Part shown: positions 31,953-41,318 of the stretch, piece after piece
Numbering within the stretch: the first letter of the stretch is position 1
How the letters are laid out: each line of letters starts with the position of its first letter
NCBI GenBank assembly: GCA_964487385.1
Contig: CAZAQM010000001.1
Coordinates: forward strand, 1 to 58,004
Direction: 5' to 3'
Length of the DNA stretch: 58,004 bases
Source: an uncultured Dethiobacter sp.
GTDB taxonomy: Bacteria > Bacillota > Dethiobacteria > DTU022 > UBA8154
The notes under the pieces: generated by a model
Told to the model about the DNA's origin: nothing
Seen by the model: the letters and a program-made list of their open reading frames with translations, nothing else
Database searches by the model: none
Made by a program: the position numbers and the translations under genes

Positions 31953-33302
31953 ATGCCTAAAAGCTTTTGTTTGATCTCCCTGGGATGTGCTAAAAATTTT
32001 GTTGATTCCGAAGAGATTGCCGGCAGCCTCATCAAAGAGGGGTATATCTTCAGGGCTGCACCCGAAGGATCCCGGGTGGCCGTTATTAATACTTGTGCCT
32101 TTCTGCACGATGCCCGCCTGGAAGCATTGGATGCCATCAGAAAAATAGTCCGGATCAAAAAAGATAACAGGACTAAACTGGAAACGATTATTCTGACCGG
32201 TTGTTTAACGAGCTATTACACCAAAGCAACCTTAAAAAAAATAATTCCGGAAATCGATTTAATAGTGCCTTTTAAGGATGTAGAGAGAATCCCAGTTTTT
32301 TTACAAAACAAAAAGTCAGCGCAAAATAATACCTTTTATACTGCAAAACACATCTTTACGGGGAATGATCGTTTTATTACAGGCCCCCCTCATTCTGTTT
32401 ACGTTAAGATAGCAGAGGGATGCAATAACAGGTGTTCATACTGTATGATACCCTTTTTGCGGGGGAGGCTGCGCAGCAAATCCATCGAAGATATTGTTTC
32501 CGAGGTGAGGGCCTACCAAAAGCTGGGCGCCAAAGAGATCAACATTATTGCCCAGGATACAACTGCCTATGGAAAAGATCGTTATGGCAGATACATGCTG
32601 GTGCCCCTCCTGGAAAAAATCAGCCGGGTAAAGGGTCTTGCCTGGATTCGCCTGTTATATGCCCAGCCGGCCCGTATCACGGATGAACTCATAAAATTGA
32701 TCGCCGCAGAAGAAAAAATATGCAAATACCTGGATATTCCCATACAACATATCGATAAAAAAATATTGCGCACGATGAGAAGAACAACCCCGCCGGAGAA
32801 GATTATGGGACTTTACCAGACGATTAGGGAACAGATCCCTTCGGCAGTTCTTAGAACTACTGTGATGGTAGGCTATCCGGGTGAAGGGGATGGAGAATTC
32901 AGCAGCCTTCTTGCTTTTCTGCGGCAGTACCCCTTTGAAAGGGTGGGTGCTTTTTGTTTTTCCCCCGAAAAGAAAACCGAGGCCTACCACCTGGGCCCCA
33001 GAGTCAGGCCGGAAGTTGCCCGGCAGAGGAGAGATGAGATAATGAACCAACAAAAGGCCCTTTCCCTGTCTTTCAACAAAAAGCTGCTGGGGAAAAAACT
33101 GGAGGTTTTAATCGATTTATCCCTTAGGGAAAGGGATATGCTCTACGGAAGGTACTACGGCCAGGCGCCCGAAGTGGACGGCGGGGTTTACCTGCCAAAA
33201 TCAACGGGGAAACCCGGTGACCTGATCAAGGTTAAAATTGTGGGAACCGGATCTTATGATTTGCTGGGGGTAAAACCAGGCATGGGGGATAAAAAGGCCT
33301 AA
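31953..33302 (+). CDS. rimO: ribosomal protein S12 methylthiotransferase
   Basis: N-terminal ISLGCAKNFVDSE, radical-SAM CNNRCSYC and a C-terminal TRAM domain are present. Protein is 449 aa. Confidence 0.88.
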   Translation: MPKSFCLISLGCAKNFVDSEEIAGSLIKEGYIFRAAPEGSRVAVINTCAFLHDARLEALDAIRKIVRIKKDNRTKLETIILTGCLTSYYTKATLKKIIPEIDLIVPFKDVERIPVFLQNKKSAQNNTFYTAKHIFTGNDRFITGPPHSVYVKIAEGCNNRCSYCMIPFLRGRLRSKSIEDIVSEVRAYQKLGAKEINIIAQDTTAYGKDRYGRYMLVPLLEKISRVKGLAWIRLLYAQPARITDELIKLIAAEEKICKYLDIPIQHIDKKILRTMRRTTPPEKIMGLYQTIREQIPSAVLRTTVMVGYPGEGDGEFSSLLAFLRQYPFERVGAFCFSPEKKTEAYHLGPRVRPEVARQRRDEIMNQQKALSLSFNKKLLGKKLEVLIDLSLRERDMLYGRYYGQAPEVDGGVYLPKSTGKPGDLIKVKIVGTGSYDLLGVKPGMGDKKA

Positions 33303-33350
33303 GGCGTAGACGGTGAGATTCTTTGACAGGCGGGGCCAGGTGTTTCAGGC

Positions 33351-33386
33351 AATAACCCGGGTTTTTTCAAGCCCGGGTTATTTTAT
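33351..33386 (+). terminator. rho-independent terminator after rimO
   Basis: AATAACCCGGG pairs with CCCGGGTTATT (11 bp stem), followed by TTATT. Confidence 0.75.
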
Positions 33387-33415
33387 TGCTTTTAATGGGG
33401 GACATTTGGTATAAT
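33386..33415 (+). promoter_or_regulatory. sigma-A type promoter for the 33.4-36.9 kb three-gene module
   Basis: TTGCTT, an 18 nt spacer, then TATAAT, with an extended -10 TGg. Confidence 0.5.
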
Positions 33416-33467
33416 GGCTTTATGTAAAGTTGTTATGTAAACCAAATTATTATGTTAACTGTGAAGG

Positions 33468-34019
33468 ATGATTGTTTTGAAGGGAATCAAATTCCGCTGG
33501 CCGATTATGGTTCTAGTTATGTTTCTGACATTTGGGGCAATATATGCTTTTAATTTATGGCATCAACAAAGGGTAAAAGAACCCCTCATCAATAAACTTC
33601 AGCAGTTGGAGGGGGTGTGTGACGTTGAGGTAAAAACGTTGGAAAACAGTAAAAAAGTGTGTTTTAAAATTTCCCTTTCGGAGGCCGGCAATTTGCCGGT
33701 AACGTACAGCGAAATGGACGAGCTTTTGCTTTCCGCCTACAATAAGGATGAGTATTTGTTGATATTATGCGACAATAGTAATTCCTATCTGGATTCGGTT
33801 TATGAAAAGGTGCAGTTTGCCTTAATGGAAGGCGAGAGGACGGGTAATTATACCGGGATGAAAGAGGAGGTAAGCCAATTGATGGAAGGGGAGGAAAGCG
33901 ATTTGGCTTATCATCTTTGGGTCGACCAGGAAAGAATTTACTTTTTTATCTCTTCAGGCCCCCATTATCTATATAAGGTAATTCCCATCAAATTTGACGG
34001 CGGGGCAGGTTTAGCCTAA
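33468..34019 (+). CDS. hypothetical membrane-anchored protein (183 aa)
   Basis: One N-terminal TM (WPIMVLVMFLTFGAIYAF) followed by a soluble domain. I recognise no family. It is AT-richer than its neighbours. Confidence 0.55.
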   Translation: MIVLKGIKFRWPIMVLVMFLTFGAIYAFNLWHQQRVKEPLINKLQQLEGVCDVEVKTLENSKKVCFKISLSEAGNLPVTYSEMDELLLSAYNKDEYLLILCDNSNSYLDSVYEKVQFALMEGERTGNYTGMKEEVSQLMEGEESDLAYHLWVDQERIYFFISSGPHYLYKVIPIKFDGGAGLA

Positions 34020-34045
34020 GGATAGCAACGATGGAGGTTTAGCCC

Positions 34046-35548
34046 ATGATTAAAGAAATTGGTGCGGGTTTGGCTCTGGGAGTACTGGCCGGGTTGTTCA
34101 TACTGGGGTTTAATATCTATCCTCTTCTTCTTCTGATCGGACTGTTTTTTTTGCTCACCAGGGTTGTGGACATTAAAGGCAGCGTAAAGCAGTTTGTGCC
34201 GGTAAGCAATTCAGGAGCAAAGGGCGGAATATCATTTAAGGATATCGGCGGGCAAAATTCCGCTAAGCGGGAACTGTTGGAGGCCCTTGATTTTTTGAAA
34301 ATTCCCGAAAAGATAAGTTCGCTGGGAATCAGACCTTTGAAGGGCATTCTTTTGGTTGGCCCGCCGGGAACCGGCAAGACACTCCTGGCTAAGGCGGCAG
34401 CCTATTATACCGATTCCCTTTTTTTATCGGCGGCTGGAAGTGAATTTATCGAGATGTATGCGGGGGTTGGTGCACAGAGAATACGGCAGTTGTTTAATCA
34501 GGCCAGAAACAGCGGAAAGGCGGGCAGCAAAAAAAGTGCCATTATCTTTATCGATGAGATAGATATCCTTGGGGCGAAAAGGGGCAGCGGCAGTTCTTCG
34601 CACCTGGAGCATGAACAAACCTTAAACCAGCTTCTGGTGGAGATGGATGGTCTGAACCCCGGCGATGAAACAAAAGTTCTTTTAATTGGTGCAACGAACA
34701 GGGCTGATCTTCTCGATAACGCCCTGTTAAGGCCGGGGCGCTTCGATCGAATCGTGCAGGTTGAACTTCCTGATCAGGAAGGAAGGCTGCAGATTCTGCG
34801 GCTCCATACCAGGAATAAGCCCCTTGCCGGCGATGTTCGCCTAAAAAACATAGCCCATGAGACCTTTGGTTTTTCCGGAGCTCACCTGGAAAGCCTTGCC
34901 AATGAGGCGGCTATTATTGCGCTCCGGGAGAAAAAGAAGCTGCTGGAAAGTAAGCATTTTAGCGAAGCTATCGATAAGGTTATCATGGGTGAAAAGATAG
35001 ATCGCCATCCCGATGAGGATGAGCTCCGCAGGATTGCTATCCACGAAACGGGACATGCCGTCGTCAGCGAGTGCATTCGTGCCCGTTCCGTTTCCACGAT
35101 CACCATCGTCCCCAGAGGGAAGGCGATGGGCTATATCCGGCAAACTCCGGCCAAGGACAGCTATATCTCCACCCGCAACAATATAGAGGAACAGATTGCC
35201 ATTTTACTGGGGGGCGCCATCAGCGAGGAGGAAATTCTCGGCAGCCGCAGTACGGGTGCAGCCGCTGATTTTCAGCAGGCGATCGAGCTGGCAAAAAAGA
35301 TTGTCTCTGCAGGGATGTCCTCCCTGGGAATCGTCAGCACAGCCGACTTGCCCAGCGGTGTCCTGCACGAGTGCCTGAAGGAAATATTAAACGATCAGGA
35401 ACAAAGGGTTCGGAATATAATCCTAAAATATAGGGGTATTATCGAAAATGTGGCCAATTATTTGCTCGAAAAAGAAAAAATCAGCGGAGCCTATCTGCGA
35501 AACGTCCTCAAAAAACATGAGCAGAAAAATGAACAAAAAGTTTGTTAA
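34046..35548 (+). CDS. FtsH-family AAA+ zinc metalloprotease paralogue lacking the periplasmic domain
   Basis: Two back-to-back TM helices are present. AAA+ motifs are Walker A GPPGTGKT, Walker B IIFIDEID and SRH ATNRADLLDNALLRPGRFDR. The pore loop is MYAG and the M41 motif is HETGHA. At 500 aa it is ~100+ aa shorter than housekeeping FtsH. Confidence 0.85.
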   Translation: MIKEIGAGLALGVLAGLFILGFNIYPLLLLIGLFFLLTRVVDIKGSVKQFVPVSNSGAKGGISFKDIGGQNSAKRELLEALDFLKIPEKISSLGIRPLKGILLVGPPGTGKTLLAKAAAYYTDSLFLSAAGSEFIEMYAGVGAQRIRQLFNQARNSGKAGSKKSAIIFIDEIDILGAKRGSGSSSHLEHEQTLNQLLVEMDGLNPGDETKVLLIGATNRADLLDNALLRPGRFDRIVQVELPDQEGRLQILRLHTRNKPLAGDVRLKNIAHETFGFSGAHLESLANEAAIIALREKKKLLESKHFSEAIDKVIMGEKIDRHPDEDELRRIAIHETGHAVVSECIRARSVSTITIVPRGKAMGYIRQTPAKDSYISTRNNIEEQIAILLGGAISEEEILGSRSTGAAADFQQAIELAKKIVSAGMSSLGIVSTADLPSGVLHECLKEILNDQEQRVRNIILKYRGIIENVANYLLEKEKISGAYLRNVLKKHEQKNEQKVC

Positions 35549-36941
35549 TTTTGCCCTGAAAATTTTCTGCAGTATGTTGTTATTGTTGTTGGTGTTGCAT
35601 TTCATGAGCCCCATCGTTATTTCCACTGAAGCCTTTGAATTCGAAGTATGCCTGCGCGCTTTTGGCCAAGGCAGAACGGTTATTCATCTTCCTCCCCTGG
35701 GCAAACTGACCACACGAACGCACCTGCCTCCTTGTGATCTGCATTTTACCCTGAAGTTTATTAATATAGATGAATTTAGCGATCTTCTAAGCCGCTTTCC
35801 CGCGGCAAACAACTGGCCCCTCCTTTTTTGGGGGCAGGTAAAGGGGAGCCTGATGCGTTATCTGGTTTTTTTCCTTTGTCTGGCCTTTTTTCTAGGGGTG
35901 GTGTGTTCGCTGTTTATCTCCCGCAGGGAGATAAACAAAAAAGAGATGGGCATGCTGGGATTAATCAATGTTTTGTTTCTGGTGTTGTTGATGATCTCTG
36001 TCATCGGTTTTTATGATTTGGGGGCTTTTGCCCGCGTGGAGTACCAGGGAGTTATTGAAGCAGCGCCTCTAATTCTAAATGTATTGGAAAAAGGGATCGA
36101 TGTGGTGGACAGCCTTGGGGTTCAGGCTGCCGGTGTGGTGGAGAATATTTCCATCCTGCACGATGAAATGGAAATATCTAGCGCTGTGCAGGAAAATGCG
36201 GTAAAGGTTTTGCATGTTTCCGATATCCATAACAATCCTGCTGCCCTGGAGTTTATCCGCAGTATCGTGGAGACTTTTGATGTGGATTTGATTATCGATA
36301 CGGGGGATCTGGTGGATTATGGCACGGTATTCGAGGCGGAACGCTTTGCTGCTTTTTTCGCAGGGTTAGATATCCCTTATCTGTTAATTCCTGGGAATCA
36401 TGAATCTCCCCAAGTCGTTGCCTACCTGAAAAAGCTGGAGGGCGTGACCATTCTCGAGGAGGGGATCATCCAGGCCGCCGGGCTGAGAATTGCCGCTATG
36501 GCGGATCCCTCTTCTTCACTGCAGGAAATGATCGTGGCCGAGGAGGGGACTCTGGATAAGGCTGCAGAAAAATTGGCCGGCTTGGTAAAAGAGGCTGAAC
36601 CGATCGATATCGTTGCTGCTCATAACCCAAATCTTTTTCGCTATTTAAGGGAGGACGATCGGCTTCTCCTCAGCGGGCATATGCATAAACCCGAAATAAA
36701 ACAGGAAGAACAATATGTGGAAATTAATGCCGGGAGCACGGGGGCTTCGGGTATCCGCGGGCTTAGGGATCTGGATCTGACCTTCAGCCTGGTGTTGCTC
36801 ACCTTCCAGCAAACCCAGGGGGGCCCGGCCTTAAATCTATACTCCGCCGATATGATCAAGATAGAGCACACCCCACTGCACTACAGTCTCGAACGGTTTC
36901 TTTTTAATGATCGGCCCGGCGGGCAGGAAACTGCCTCCTGA
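35517..36941 (+). CDS. polytopic membrane calcineurin-like metallophosphoesterase
   Basis: About 230 aa N-terminal region with 3 hydrophobic segments. MPE motifs HVSDIHN, TGDLVDYG, GNHE and SGHMH follow. Start at ATG 35517 (or 35529) overlaps the FtsH-like stop. Confidence 0.8.
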   Translation: MSRKMNKKFVNFALKIFCSMLLLLLVLHFMSPIVISTEAFEFEVCLRAFGQGRTVIHLPPLGKLTTRTHLPPCDLHFTLKFINIDEFSDLLSRFPAANNWPLLFWGQVKGSLMRYLVFFLCLAFFLGVVCSLFISRREINKKEMGMLGLINVLFLVLLMISVIGFYDLGAFARVEYQGVIEAAPLILNVLEKGIDVVDSLGVQAAGVVENISILHDEMEISSAVQENAVKVLHVSDIHNNPAALEFIRSIVETFDVDLIIDTGDLVDYGTVFEAERFAAFFAGLDIPYLLIPGNHESPQVVAYLKKLEGVTILEEGIIQAAGLRIAAMADPSSSLQEMIVAEEGTLDKAAEKLAGLVKEAEPIDIVAAHNPNLFRYLREDDRLLLSGHMHKPEIKQEEQYVEINAGSTGASGIRGLRDLDLTFSLVLLTFQQTQGGPALNLYSADMIKIEHTPLHYSLERFLFNDRPGGQETAS

Positions 36942-37034
36942 TTAAAGAAATAGTTGATTCCACTGAATAAAGTCACTGCATAAAGTATGTTCTGTGGCAT
37001 CAAGGGAAATTTATCTTTTAATAAGGGGAAGATC

Positions 37035-37595
37035 ATGCGGGCTTTTCTATCGATAAATCTGGATCGATCGGTAAGGGAAGGGATTGCCAGGCTCCAGGGG
37101 GAACTTGGGCGGCAGACACGCGGCATCCGTTGGGTTAAACCGGATCTGCTGCATCTGACCCTAATATTTCTAGGGGATATTCAGGGGGGGGATTCCCGGG
37201 CTTTCGCGCAGCCTCTCAGGGAGCTGGCACAAGAAACGGCAGCGTTTCGTTTTACCCTGGATCGGCTCGGTGCTTTTCCCGGCATACATAGCCCCCGTGT
37301 TATCTGGCTGGGCATGCAATCCGGGGCGGAACAGCTAATTGCTTTGGCTAAAAGAATTGAAGATGTTTTGGGGACCTTCGGGCATTTTTCCACCGGACCG
37401 TTTGTTCCGCATCTTACCATAGGCAGAAGGAAAAGGGGGGCGGATCTTTTTTCCCCGGGGGAAATATTTAAGGAGCCCTTGGACAGCCCATATACTGTCT
37501 ATGCCGATCGCTTTTTCCTCATGCAAAGCATTCTTTATCCCACCGGGCCCCTTTATACCCCGGTAAAAGAATTTTTACTGGAGGCTTCTTTGTAA
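37035..37595 (+). CDS. thpR: RNA 2',3'-cyclic phosphodiesterase (2H family, ThpR/LigT)
   Basis: Two HxTx motifs (HLTLIF and HLTIGR) are present in ~186 aa. Start trimmed to ATG 37035. Confidence 0.85.
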   Translation: MRAFLSINLDRSVREGIARLQGELGRQTRGIRWVKPDLLHLTLIFLGDIQGGDSRAFAQPLRELAQETAAFRFTLDRLGAFPGIHSPRVIWLGMQSGAEQLIALAKRIEDVLGTFGHFSTGPFVPHLTIGRRKRGADLFSPGEIFKEPLDSPYTVYADRFFLMQSILYPTGPLYTPVKEFLLEASL

Positions 37596-37630
37596 GCAGG
37601 ATTTCCCTTTTTTTTAAAGAATAGTAATGT

Positions 37631-37644
37631 CAAACAGATGTTCA
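37631..37644 (+). promoter_or_regulatory. LexA (Cheo-box-like) operator candidate upstream of recA
   Basis: CAAACAGATGTTCA compared with the Gram-positive consensus CGAAC-N4-GTTCG. One half-site is degenerate (AAAC). It lies 41 nt upstream of the recA ATG. Confidence 0.4.
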
Positions 37645-37684
37645 GAAGAACTATATTATAGACCGCCGCCGGGAGGCTTTCAAT

Positions 37685-38725
37685 ATGGAGAGAAAAAAGG
37701 CTTTGGAAACGGCTCTATTGCAAATCGAAAAGCAGTTTGGCAAGGGTTCAATCATGAAACTTGGGTCCGGGGGAATTGCTGACATCAGCGTTATTCCCAC
37801 GGGGGCTCTGTCTCTGGATATTGCACTGGGCGTTGGTGGTTTGCCCAAGGGGAGAATCATTGAGGTTTTTGGTCCGGAATCTTCTGGTAAAACAACGGTA
37901 GCACTGCACATCATTGCCGAAGCACAAAAAGCCGGTGGGTATGCTGCTTTCATCGATGCTGAACATGCTTTGGATCCTTCCTATGCCCGGAATCTGGGCG
38001 TAAATATTGATGAACTCCTGGTTTCCCAGCCGGATACGGGGGAACAGGCGCTGGAGATCGCCGAAGCACTGGTGCGCAGCGGGGCAATGGATATTGTCGT
38101 TATAGATTCCGTCGCGGCACTCGTTCCCCGGGCAGAAATAGAGGGAGAAATGGGGGATACCCATGTGGGCCTCCAGGCACGGCTCATGTCCCAGGCGATG
38201 AGAAAGCTTTCGGGGATCATCAGCAAGTCCCAAACGGTAGTCGTTTTTATTAACCAGATCAGGGAAAAGGTTGGCGTTATGTTTGGAAACCCTGAGGTAA
38301 CCCCGGGCGGACGGGCCCTAAAATTTTACTCTTCTGTCAGACTGGACATCAGGAAGCTTGAGCCGCTCAAGCAGGGAAACGAAATTATCGGAAACCGGAC
38401 CCGGGCAAAGGTTGTCAAGAATAAAGTGGCGCCTCCTTTTCGCCAGGCCGAATTTGACATAATTTATGGAAAAGGAATTTCCCGGGAAGGATGTATTTTG
38501 GATCTGGCCATTGAATGCGAGGTCGTTAAAAAAAGCGGAGCGTGGTATTCATACGGCGAGGAGAGGTTGGGGCAGGGCAAGGAAAATGTGCGTGAGTTTC
38601 TCAAAAACAATCCGGAACTCTTTCAAACCATTGAAAAACAAATTTTTAACCATTATCATCTCGGGGCGGAAGAGAGCGATTCCCCGGAAAGCGAAAAAGA
38701 TGCCCCTGCAGATCTGGAAAAATGA
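37685..38725 (+). CDS. recA: recombinase A
   Basis: Motifs [19 protein letters not shown], Walker [10 protein letters not shown] and FINQIREK are present. Protein is 346 aa. Confidence 0.97.
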   Translation: MERKKALETALLQIEKQFGKGSIMKLGSGGIADISVIPTGALSLDIALGVGGLPKGRIIEVFGPESSGKTTVALHIIAEAQKAGGYAAFIDAEHALDPSYARNLGVNIDELLVSQPDTGEQALEIAEALVRSGAMDIVVIDSVAALVPRAEIEGEMGDTHVGLQARLMSQAMRKLSGIISKSQTVVVFINQIREKVGVMFGNPEVTPGGRALKFYSSVRLDIRKLEPLKQGNEIIGNRTRAKVVKNKVAPPFRQAEFDIIYGKGISREGCILDLAIECEVVKKSGAWYSYGEERLGQGKENVREFLKNNPELFQTIEKQIFNHYHLGAEESDSPESEKDAPADLEK

Positions 38726-38767
38726 TGCGGCTCCGGCGGCAGACAAAACTTATAAAACCTTACTTGC

Positions 38768-38797
38768 TTGACATATTCGCACCTTAAGGGATACAAT
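38768..38797 (+). promoter_or_regulatory. sigma-A type promoter upstream of rny
   Basis: TTGACA, an 18 nt spacer, then TACAAT. Confidence 0.5.
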
Positions 38798-38940
38798 AAA
38801 AAAAGCCCTGATGGTTTTAATGGCTTGTTCGATCTTAAAATAGAATTGACCATAATTAATGCCTGTGGCAGTTAATATATATTTTTTTAGAAAATCTGAT
38901 CCCCTATATTTCTAAAAAATCTTTGGCCATTTCTATTTTA

Positions 38941-38966
38941 AGCTGTGCATTTACAGCTTTATTTTT
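38941..38966 (+). terminator. short hairpin plus U tract inside the rny leader
   Basis: AGCTGT, a 6 nt loop, ACAGCT, followed by TTTATTTTT. It lies 45 nt upstream of the rny start. The stem is weak (6 bp). Confidence 0.35.
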
Positions 38967-39010
38967 ATGTTCAAAAACCACAATCAATACCAGGAGGTGA
39001 AAAGGTTTAG

Positions 39011-40549
39011 TTGGACGCATTAACTGTTATCATTGTAATTGTCAGCATATTAATTGGACTAGGCGCCGGTTATTTTCTGCGAAAATACCTGGCGGAGGCG
39101 AAAATTAAATCAGCAGAGGAAGAAGCAGGAAGAATTGTTCTGGAAGCCAATGAAAAGGCCCGGTCTCTAAAGAAGGAAAAAATTTTGGAGGCCAAGGAAG
39201 AAGTCTTTAAACTAAAGAATGAATTCGATCGTGAGGCAAAGGAACGGCGATCTGAGGCCCAGCGGCTGGAACGAAGGCTTTTGCAAAAGGAAGAAAACCT
39301 TGATAAAAAAACAGCCCATTTGGAGAGAAAAGAGGACGACATAAAAAAGCAGGAACGGGAGATCGTGCTAACCCAGGAGAAGCTGGAAGACCTGAATAAG
39401 CAGCAGCTCGCCTTGCTGGAGAAAATATCCGGGATGTCCCCCGATGAAGCTAAGGATATCCTGCTCGGTAGGGTAAGGGATGAGATTCAGCATGAGATTG
39501 CCCAGATGATCAAGGATGTTGAGCTGCAGGCCAAGGAGGAGGCGGAAAAGAGAGCCAGGGAGATCGTTACCCAGGCTATCCAGCGCTGCGCGGCCGATCA
39601 CGTTTCGGAATCGACCGTATCGGTGGTAACCCTGCCCAATGATGAGATGAAGGGCAGAATTATCGGAAGGGAAGGCAGGAATATCCGCACCCTGGAAACC
39701 CTCACCGGAATCGATCTCATTATCGATGATACACCCGAGGCGGTAATTCTTTCGGGATTCGATCCCATTCGCAGGGAGGTCGCCCGTCTGGCCCTGGAAA
39801 AACTCATTATTGATGGACGGATCCACCCTGCCCGCATCGAGGAAATGGTGGAAAAGGCCCGCCATGAAGTGGATGTGCAGATACGCGAGGAGGGCGAACA
39901 GGCAGCCTTTGAAGTCAGCGTTCATGGCCTGCATCCGGAGTTGGTGCGCATGCTGGGGCGGCTTAAGTTTCGCACGAGTTATGGGCAGAACGTCCTCAAG
40001 CATTCGGTGGAGGTGGCACATCTAGCCGGCATCATGGCTGCTGAACTTTCATTGGATACCAAGCTTGCTAAAAGAGCAGGCTTGTTGCACGATATCGGCA
40101 AGGCCCTCGATCATGAAACTGAAGGGCCCCATGTCGTCAATGGCGCCGAACTTGCCAAAAAATACCGTGAATCACCGGAAGTTGTCAATGCTATTGCAGC
40201 ACATCATGGCGATATTGAGCCGCAAACCCTCATCGCCGTTTTAATACAGGCTGCTGATGCCATTTCTGCGGCAAGGCCGGGGGCAAGGCGTGAAACCCTG
40301 GAAGCATATATCAAACGCCTGGAAAAACTTGAGGATATTGCCGATTCCTTTGATGGTGTGGAAAAATCCTATGCCATACAGGCAGGCAGAGAGATCCGTA
40401 TCATGGTTAAGCCGGAAAAAATCGATGATTTGACCGCTACACAAGTAGCCAGGGGCATCGTTAAAAAAATAGAGTCAGAATTGGAATATCCCGGGCAGAT
40501 AAAAGTTACTGTCATTAGAGAAACAAGAGCCGTGGAATATGCTAGATAA
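39011..40549 (+). CDS. rny: ribonuclease Y
   Basis: N-terminal TM, a coiled coil, a KH domain ([12 protein letters not shown]) and an HD domain ([17 protein letters not shown]) are present. Protein is 512 aa. Confidence 0.96.
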   Translation: MDALTVIIVIVSILIGLGAGYFLRKYLAEAKIKSAEEEAGRIVLEANEKARSLKKEKILEAKEEVFKLKNEFDREAKERRSEAQRLERRLLQKEENLDKKTAHLERKEDDIKKQEREIVLTQEKLEDLNKQQLALLEKISGMSPDEAKDILLGRVRDEIQHEIAQMIKDVELQAKEEAEKRAREIVTQAIQRCAADHVSESTVSVVTLPNDEMKGRIIGREGRNIRTLETLTGIDLIIDDTPEAVILSGFDPIRREVARLALEKLIIDGRIHPARIEEMVEKARHEVDVQIREEGEQAAFEVSVHGLHPELVRMLGRLKFRTSYGQNVLKHSVEVAHLAGIMAAELSLDTKLAKRAGLLHDIGKALDHETEGPHVVNGAELAKKYRESPEVVNAIAAHHGDIEPQTLIAVLIQAADAISAARPGARRETLEAYIKRLEKLEDIADSFDGVEKSYAIQAGREIRIMVKPEKIDDLTATQVARGIVKKIESELEYPGQIKVTVIRETRAVEYAR

Positions 40550-40569
40550 ATTTATGCAAAATGGTAAAT

Positions 40570-40596
40570 AGTGCCGAAAGGCACTTTTTTCTTTTT
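40570..40596 (+). terminator. rho-independent terminator after rny
   Basis: AGTGCC, GAAA loop, GGCACT, followed by TTTTTCTTTTT. Confidence 0.75.
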
Positions 40597-40670
40597 CATG
40601 AAGGAATTTAAAAAGGAATTATTGAATATTAAAAGTCATATCCAGTGTTTATTTAGGGAGTGTCCTTGAG

Positions 40671-41183
40671 ATGAAGTTAAAACAGCTGTCCGAAGAATTT
40701 TCCTCAGTAGATCTGCTGGTCATGTTGTTGTTGCGTTTTCCCGAAATATTTACTATTAATTATAATCTGCTCAAACCGAAGTTTGAGCTCTCCTTTATGC
40801 TAAAGGAGGTTCCGGAAAACAAAAGGTACATAAAATTTAGAAAAGATTTCGATAATGCTGCCAGGGCCTACGTGGAACTGGCCGGGGTAGATAATGCCAT
40901 ACCTAACCTAAGCCGCAGATCGATCGATTCCTGGGTTTTATTGCAAGTAACCTGGGGGAAAGAAAATATTACTCTTGAAGAGGTCAACCTGATCAGCCAA
41001 ATGATCTGGAATGAATTTAAGGACGACCTGATCCTGGATTCAAGGGTTGATGGACTTTTAGAGGGAGATTCCTCGTCAAAGGAAGAGTTTATAGAATTTT
41101 TGCATTCCAAGAGGAATGAAAATGACGAGGAAAACTTATTCGCCTTCCGTGAGGCCGGAAAAGTCTATGTTTACGATAAATAA
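40671..41183 (+). CDS. hypothetical acidic protein (170 aa)
   Basis: Clean ORF with its own terminator upstream. I recognise no motif. It occupies the slot held by ymdB in B. subtilis. Confidence 0.5.
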   Translation: MKLKQLSEEFSSVDLLVMLLLRFPEIFTINYNLLKPKFELSFMLKEVPENKRYIKFRKDFDNAARAYVELAGVDNAIPNLSRRSIDSWVLLQVTWGKENITLEEVNLISQMIWNEFKDDLILDSRVDGLLEGDSSSKEEFIEFLHSKRNENDEENLFAFREAGKVYVYDK

Positions 41184-41246
41184 GATAAAAATCCATTATG
41201 TTTAAAATATTCATGAAATTAATATTGAAAATCTTTTTAATAAAGA

Positions 41247-41272
41247 AGGAACTTTTTAAATCCCTGCAGAAT
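41247..41272 (+). promoter_or_regulatory. sigma-H-like promoter upstream of spoVS
   Basis: AGGAACT, a 14 nt spacer, then AGAAT, compared with the sigma-H consensus AGGAwwT-N12-14-RGAAT. B. subtilis spoVS is sigma-H dependent. Confidence 0.35.
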
Positions 41273-41318
41273 AGAATAGTTATAATATTGCAACTCTAAA
41301 AGGAGGTACATAGACTCA

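Noticed and set aside
39368-40021. Long antisense ORFs inside well-supported genes. Examples are 217 aa opposite rny, 216 aa at 49179..49829 opposite ahcY, 199 aa at 4653..5252 opposite rseP and 185 aa at 3207..3764 opposite dxr.
   Set aside because: Each lies wholly within a plus-strand gene with unmistakable conserved motifs. Their translations are low-complexity or Arg/Pro/Gly-rich with no recognisable motif or RBS. These are typical shadow ORFs.
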